Shown here piece after piece: positions 25,815-30,364 of a stretch of 30,364 nucleotides of DNA; position 1 is the stretch's first letter; each line of letters starts with the position of its first letter. Both the position numbers and the translations under genes were made by a program. A model generated the notes under the pieces. It ran no database searches and was not told the origin of the DNA. It saw only the letters and a list, made by a program, of their open reading frames with translations. Where the stretch lies: IMG/VR virus record IMGVR_UViG_3300042366_000428, positions 1 through 30,364 of that record; one strand, 5' to 3'. Source of the stretch: a virus. Taxonomy: Duplodnaviria > Caudoviricetes.

Positions 25815-27330
25815 AGCGAAGCAACCGTCCGAATCCCCCGGAGGTCACTTGCGTCCACAACCTACCCCGTTGTTCGACTTCGGCCACCCGGTTCAGGTGA
25901 CGACCCTGGCCGGGATCACCTGCACCGGCCGTGAGGTCGATCACTGTTCCGCCCCGTGGGACGAGGTGTTCGGCACCGTCCGCGAGGCCCGGACCAAGAC
26001 CGAGGCGCACTCCGTCGTGTGCGCCACCTACCGGCCCGGTCCCGTCCGGTGGGCTGGTGGGGGACGGCCCGGCTCGGGCGGGTCGGTGCCCCGTCCATCG
26101 TCCCGGGCCATCGACTCGGTCACTGCCCTCGTCTACGACTTCGACACGCAGGACTGGGGCTCTGTCGACGGGTCAGCCATCGAGGGGGCCCTGATGCAGT
26201 TGGGCCTTGCCGGGACGTTCTGGTCCACGTGGTCGTCGACCGTGGTCCGCCCCCGGTGGCGGCTGGCCATCCCGCTGTCGCACCCGATCACGCCGGCGGC
26301 CTACCGCGAGATCTGGCCCCGCGTCGGTGGGGCCGTCGCGGACGAGATCCACGCGCTAATGCTCCTCGACCCCGAGCAGCGTGTGTCGATCGACCTGGCC
26401 GCCGGGGGCATCGGGCAGCCGGCCATCCTCCCGGTACGGCCCCCGGCCGGCGGCGAGACGAAGGCCATGTCCCGTGCGGCGTACCCGTGGGGCGGGGTCG
26501 TGCCGGCGCCGGTCCACGTCGACGGGGTGGCCGTCGTCCCCGAGCAGGCCCAGGCCGCGACCAGCGCTACGCACTACACGAACTCGCTCCGGTTCGTTCA
26601 GCGGACGGGGCGTGGCTGGGGAGGTGCGCGCAAGGGGGTCACATCGGCCCGTGGCGCCCCGATCGTCCCCGCCCCGTACGTCGGGGTGCCCGACGCCCCG
26701 GACGCGGCCCAGACGGCCGCCACGTGGGCCGCGGACGAACGTACGGCGGTGGCCCTGACCGCCGGCATGGACGCCGTGGCCCGGGTCCGGCGGGACGGCC
26801 TGGGCCGCGTCCGCCACGGGTCAGTCCTGCGGGCTGCGTGCTGGCACCAGTACCGGTGCGGCATCCTGGCCGACGAGATCTCGCGGTGGGGGTCTGAGGC
26901 CCTGGCCGCGACCCCGGGGGTGTCGTCCTCCACCGTGCGCGAACTGGTCCGGCAGGTGGAGTACTTCCGGCGCAAGCAGGACGCCGCGCTGACCGACCCG
27001 TGGACCGACCGGGCCGTCACCGCCATCCTGACCCCGCGGGTCGACCCCGAGACGGGCAAGCCCCGTCCGGTGCCTACGCCGGAGCAGCAGACCGCGGTGG
27101 CGCAGGTGGTGTTGATCCTCGCGTGCGCGTCGCACCTCGACCCCGAAGGGGGCGGGTCGCTGTCGTGGGCGCAGATCGCGCTGGTCGTGGGGATGCCCGC
27201 CGTGGCCGGTGTCGATCGGACGCACGCGGCGGTCGTCGCATGGCGGTCGGCGCTCGTCGAGGCAGGGCTGCTCTCGCGGTCCGGCGAGCGGCAGGCGACC
27301 ACTTGGGCCCGGCGGGTGGCCCATGGGTGA
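25795..27330 (+). CDS. Replication protein: AEP primase-polymerase-like N-domain plus C-terminal winged HTH (start may be TTG 25849)
   Basis: ALVYDFD...WSTWSS...PRWRLAIPLSHPI...Y..IW...ID.A.....ILP is the phage prim-pol pattern; C-terminal LSWAQIALVVG...ALVEAGLL is wHTH-like; no P-loop helicase. Confidence 0.75.
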   Translation: MAANGGRAKQPSESPGGHLRPQPTPLFDFGHPVQVTTLAGITCTGREVDHCSAPWDEVFGTVREARTKTEAHSVVCATYRPGPVRWAGGGRPGSGGSVPRPSSRAIDSVTALVYDFDTQDWGSVDGSAIEGALMQLGLAGTFWSTWSSTVVRPRWRLAIPLSHPITPAAYREIWPRVGGAVADEIHALMLLDPEQRVSIDLAAGGIGQPAILPVRPPAGGETKAMSRAAYPWGGVVPAPVHVDGVAVVPEQAQAATSATHYTNSLRFVQRTGRGWGGARKGVTSARGAPIVPAPYVGVPDAPDAAQTAATWAADERTAVALTAGMDAVARVRRDGLGRVRHGSVLRAACWHQYRCGILADEISRWGSEALAATPGVSSSTVRELVRQVEYFRRKQDAALTDPWTDRAVTAILTPRVDPETGKPRPVPTPEQQTAVAQVVLILACASHLDPEGGGSLSWAQIALVVGMPAVAGVDRTHAAVVAWRSALVEAGLLSRSGERQATTWARRVAHG

Positions 27331-27604
27331 CCAGTACACCGACCTCGTCGCCTACGTCGCCGCCCACCCCGGCCTGACCACCGCCGACGCCGTGATTGAC
27401 GCGATCCGGCGTGACCGCGCCCGCGGTGTGCCCACCTACGATGGTCCACTGCGCGTGCGGTGGATCGACGCAGCCCTGGCCGAGCGCCCCCGGCCGGCCC
27501 GTCCGATGTCCGACCTCGACCGCCGCCGTGCCGGTCTGCCCGTCAGCCGCATGGCCCCCATGATCGACCTGTCCGCCGTCCACTGTGGTTGGGGACGGCA
27601 CTAA
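27323..27604 (+). CDS. Hypothetical protein, 93 aa
   Basis: ATG 27323 overlaps the end of rep: MGDQYTDLVAYVAAHPGLT... Confidence 0.6.
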   Translation: MGDQYTDLVAYVAAHPGLTTADAVIDAIRRDRARGVPTYDGPLRVRWIDAALAERPRPARPMSDLDRRRAGLPVSRMAPMIDLSAVHCGWGRH

Positions 27605-27617
27605 CCCCGAGGAGAAG

Positions 27618-28304
27618 ATGATGACGAAGAAGATGAAGCTGAAGGAAGAAGATCGCCAGGAGTACCACCGCCGGCTTGTCGAAGCCGTGACCATGATTGA
27701 GCGCGGCCTCTGTCCGCCAGTGGAGGGCGGATTCCGTGTCCACCCGCCCATCTACTACACCGACAATTCCGACGCGGCGGTGTCGCTCATCTGGTACGGA
27801 CCGATCAATCCGAAGCCGGGTCAGGATCCGTGGCCTGGGTTGGCCGTCGTCCAGTACGATGTCGACCCCGACCCCCTCAACGTGCCCCCGCGGGAGTACC
27901 GTGGGGCGGTGGTGTACCCCGAATCCGGGGCGTGGTGCAAGGACAAGACCCAGCGCATTGTCGTTCGGAATCATGGGGTCGCGCTGGGCCTCATTACCGG
28001 CATCGCGGTCGACACCAAGGGGGGCTTCGTGTACCGCAACCCGCGGTGGCCGCGTCCTCCCATCGACATCGACATCGACAACGATCTGCTCGCTGATCTC
28101 GACGATCCGAAGCCGAACTCTGCACCGGCCACCGCCCACGGGCCCAGTGAGATGCTGTCCCCCGAGTTCGCTGCGCTGCGGGATGCCGTGCGGGACGCGC
28201 GTCGGGCGCTGACCGACGCACTGGGGGTGGAGCCGGCCGCCGACATCATCGTGGACGCGGCGCGGGAAGTCCTTCGGGCCCGGTCGTCGAAGATGCCGTC
28301 CTGA
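27618..28304 (+). CDS. Hypothetical protein, 228 aa (WYGP...PWPG family, copy 1)
   Basis: GAGGAG RBS before ATG 27618. Confidence 0.8.
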   Translation: MMTKKMKLKEEDRQEYHRRLVEAVTMIERGLCPPVEGGFRVHPPIYYTDNSDAAVSLIWYGPINPKPGQDPWPGLAVVQYDVDPDPLNVPPREYRGAVVYPESGAWCKDKTQRIVVRNHGVALGLITGIAVDTKGGFVYRNPRWPRPPIDIDIDNDLLADLDDPKPNSAPATAHGPSEMLSPEFAALRDAVRDARRALTDALGVEPAADIIVDAAREVLRARSSKMPS

Positions 28305-28460
28305 TGGGGATCGCCCCCGTTGGCATTGTACGGGGCGACCCCGGTTGTCACCGAATGTCATCGTGGGGTGAACGGGGGTGGCGACACCCATCCCACGGGG
28401 TACATTGACCGTGCGGGGCGGCGACGTGCCCCCCGCCGACCACCGACCAGGAGTGACACC

Positions 28461-28832
28461 ATGACCCGCATGACCATCCACCAGATCCTCGCCGCCGCCG
28501 CCGCCAACTACGTCCAGTGCACGAACGCCAAGTACGAGTACTCGTGGCACGTCAGCGACCCCGATGGCGACCCGGGTGCCCGGATCACCCTGATGGCGGC
28601 CATGCCGCACGGCCTCTCTTACGTCGGCCACTACGACGTAGACGGATCAGAGGACACCATCGAGATGACCTGGGTCGACGCCGTGACCCGTGCCGCCGTG
28701 ACCCGTCCCGCCTCGGCCAAGCTCACCTACGAGGCCGCCCTCGCCCTCGCCCCGCGCTACGTCAACCGCACCGTCGATGCCGTGCTCTCCCAGATCACCG
28801 TCAAGGCAGCCCGCATCGCCCGCGCGGCCTAG
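28461..28832 (+). CDS. Hypothetical early protein, 123 aa
   Basis: AGGAGTGACACC-ATG leader; strong third-position C bias. Confidence 0.8.
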   Translation: MTRMTIHQILAAAAANYVQCTNAKYEYSWHVSDPDGDPGARITLMAAMPHGLSYVGHYDVDGSEDTIEMTWVDAVTRAAVTRPASAKLTYEAALALAPRYVNRTVDAVLSQITVKAARIARAA

Positions 28833-28841
28833 TAGGCCCGG

Positions 28842-28876
28842 CACTGGGCCCAGTACTGGCTCGCCACCAACCCCCA
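28842..28876 (+). repeat. 35-bp leader repeat, copy 1
   Basis: cactgggccc-NN-tactggctcgccaccaaccccca; 33 of 35 identical to 29277-29311. Confidence 0.85.
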
Positions 28877-28901
28877 CTCAACGATCGACAGGAGTGACAC
28901 C

Positions 28902-29198
28902 ATGACCAAGATCAACCCCCGCGAGTACCGCATCGTCGGCGCCACCACGGACGAGCAGGAGTTCTACCGCCGCGGCAGCGTCTGCCTGAGCAACCCCCAC
29001 TCGCTGCCCCCGGTGGCCGTCCACCGTGCGGACGTCGCCGCCTACCGCGCCGACCGCTACGTCGCCTACGACATGTCCGTGGGCGAGTACATGCGGGCCG
29101 CCGAAGTGGCTACCCGCACCGAGGGCCGGCGGGTCACCGCCGCCGACTGGCTCTCCGAGCACCTCAGCGAGCAGGCCCGCATGGGCGCGGGGTGGTGA
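28902..29198 (+). CDS. Hypothetical early protein, 98 aa
   Basis: ORF track; same AGGAGTGACACC-ATGACC leader as 28461. Confidence 0.8.
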   Translation: MTKINPREYRIVGATTDEQEFYRRGSVCLSNPHSLPPVAVHRADVAAYRADRYVAYDMSVGEYMRAAEVATRTEGRRVTAADWLSEHLSEQARMGAGW

Positions 29199-29201
29199 CC
29201 G

Positions 29202-29327
29202 ATGGACCTGCTCACCCGTGCCCGGCGTGACGCCCGCCTCGCCCGCCGGGCCTGGTGGGCCCACCACTGGGCCCACCACTGGGCCCGCTACTGGCTCGCC
29301 ACCAACCCCCATCCGATCGAGGAGTGA
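29202..29327 (+). CDS. Possible 41-aa Trp/His-rich peptide
   Basis: MDLLTRARRDARLARRAWWAHHWAHHWARYWLATNPHPIEE; exactly fills the gap between its neighbours. Confidence 0.4.
   Translation: MDLLTRARRDARLARRAWWAHHWAHHWARYWLATNPHPIEE
29277..29311 (+). repeat. 35-bp leader repeat, copy 2 (with a 12-nt tandem unit tgggcccaccac starting at 29256)
   Basis: Direct comparison with 28842-28876. Confidence 0.85.
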
Positions 29328-29331
29328 TGCC

Positions 29332-29844
29332 ATGAACGAACCCAAGTCCAAGAACGAGTACGGGTACGCCTCGCCGACGCACCGGGCCGTCCACGCCGGG
29401 GTCGCCGCGGCCGTGGCCCGGCTGGCCGTCCCCGCTGGCCTCCGGGTCCGCTTCGACGAGGGGCGCCCCCGCATCCACGCCAGCGGCGTCGTGGCGTGGG
29501 TCTCGGCCGTCTGGTACGGGCCGACGTTGCCTGGGCTGACGGAGCCCTGGCCCGGCGTCATCTACGCCGAGTGCGCCCGCGAGGGTGGGATGGTCTCGGT
29601 GCGCGACGCCGGCCCCCGCCCCCGCATCGACCAGGGTCTGCACCCGGCCCCGGTCGGGGCACTGCTCCGCCGCTCGGCGCGGCAGTACGCGGCCGACCTG
29701 GCCGCTGCGATCGGGGTGCCGGGCATCGTGGACCCGCAGTACGAGCACCCGTGGCAGCGCAAGCAGCGGGAGGCCCGGGAGGCCCGTGAGGCGGCGCAGG
29801 CGCAGATGGACGACTTCATCGAACTTCTCGGAGGCGAAGAGTGA
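29332..29844 (+). CDS. Hypothetical protein, 170 aa (WYGP...PWPG family, copy 2)
   Basis: GAGGAG RBS before ATG 29332: MNEPKSKNEYGY... Confidence 0.8.
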   Translation: MNEPKSKNEYGYASPTHRAVHAGVAAAVARLAVPAGLRVRFDEGRPRIHASGVVAWVSAVWYGPTLPGLTEPWPGVIYAECAREGGMVSVRDAGPRPRIDQGLHPAPVGALLRRSARQYAADLAAAIGVPGIVDPQYEHPWQRKQREAREAREAAQAQMDDFIELLGGEE

Positions 29845-29939
29845 CGCAGAAGAACAACTGGCGCCAGCAGATCGGTCTGCGTCTGCTTCTGGCCGCCGTG
29901 CTCGATCCCAAGCCCAAGTCCCCCCGGAAGGAGAAGTGA
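29841..29939 (+). CDS. Small hypothetical protein, 32 aa (MTQKNNWRQQIGLRLLLAAVLDPKPKSPRKEK)
   Basis: GTGA overlap with the upstream stop, GGAGG RBS, TGATG coupling downstream. Confidence 0.55.
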   Translation: MTQKNNWRQQIGLRLLLAAVLDPKPKSPRKEK

Positions 29940-30055
29940 TGATCACCGTACTCGCAGAGATCGTAGCCACCGCGTCGATGACGACCGGAGTGCTGGCCGC
30001 CATCGCGCTCGCGTACTTCGCCGGCCGGGCAGCGATCAGTCAGGGCCCGCGGTAA
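29939..30055 (+). CDS. Small single-pass membrane protein, 38 aa
   Basis: AAGGAG RBS; MITVLAEIVATASMTTGVLAAIALAYFAGRAAISQGPR; 3' end overlaps the convergent endolysin by 16 nt. Confidence 0.55.
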   Translation: MITVLAEIVATASMTTGVLAAIALAYFAGRAAISQGPR

Positions 30056-30364
30056 GGCTCGTAGCCACCGCCAGCGGGTGCCCACAGGACTTGCTGGCGG
30101 TGGCGGGGCCACGCCCCGGCTCGGATCCCGACATGGACATGGCCGCCGCGCGAAGGAGCGTAGGCGATCACCTGGTCCCAGCCGCCCGGGGGCGCGATCA
30201 CGCGCAGGGCCGCCACGATGCCGTGGGCGTCCACGCCGTCGACCTTGATGTCGGCCGCATCGCCCGACATGTGCGCCGAGGTCTTGGAGCCACCGATGCG
30301 GGTGTTGACCTCAGGCGACCGGTAGCCCGAGGTCACCCGCACCGGTCGGCCCAGGTGGGCACGG
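30040..30364 (-). CDS. Endolysin, peptidase M15A-type, 3' part
   Basis: SAHMSGDAADI...WDQVIAY...HVHVG Zn-binding motifs; joins 1..312 in frame through the repeat. Confidence 0.9.
   Translation of the reverse strand, partial: RAHLGRPVRVTSGYRSPEVNTRIGGSKTSAHMSGDAADIKVDGVDAHGIVAALRVIAPPGGWDQVIAYAPSRGGHVHVGIRAGAWPRHRQQVLWAPAGGGYEPYRGP
30208..30364. repeat. Terminal direct repeat, right copy
   Basis: 156 of 157 identical to 1-157. Confidence 0.97.

Noticed and set aside
28379-28406. Early promoter TGGCGA-N16-TACATT
   Set aside because: The position is plausible but the -35 match is poor; not enough support to list as a feature.
30208-30364. Physical direct terminal repeat of the virion DNA
   Set aside because: It lies in the middle of a gene and looks like assembler overlap; it cannot be called a true DTR without reads.
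1-30364. Host assignment, tRNA genes, integrase/attP, DGR or retron reverse transcriptase
   Set aside because: None is recognisable by eye, and GC content alone cannot identify the host.

Overview
The window is a complete, circularly assembled, high-GC (~70%) tailed-phage genome with a podovirus-like gene set. Its unit length is about 30,207 bp: nt 1-157 repeat at 30208-30364 with one synonymous mismatch, and the endolysin gene reads in frame across the join. The minus strand carries one long, translationally coupled operon: sigma4-like/HTH gene, sigma2-like gene, Zn-ribbon TerS, TerL, portal, acidic protein, scaffold, GIY-YIG endonuclease, major capsid, cement, head-tail adaptor, nozzle, three related tail proteins, three ejection-type proteins, tail/fibre genes, holin, three small Lys-rich proteins and an M15 endolysin. 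The plus strand carries a short early/replication arm: an RHH-like regulator, an AEP primase-like/wHTH Rep and small unknown genes behind repeated leaders. I saw no integrase, DNA polymerase, helicase, tRNA or CRISPR array. The most notable candidate system is a sigma factor apparently split over two coupled genes in reversed order (region 3.2/4 first, region 2 second), directly ahead of the late operon and next to two GTTACG-N5-CGTAAC palindromes. Other notable features are tandem A/CAC internal-loop hairpins in the capsid 5' UTR and an RBS-sequestering hairpin on the endonuclease. All family calls come from motif recognition by eye; no database search was run.
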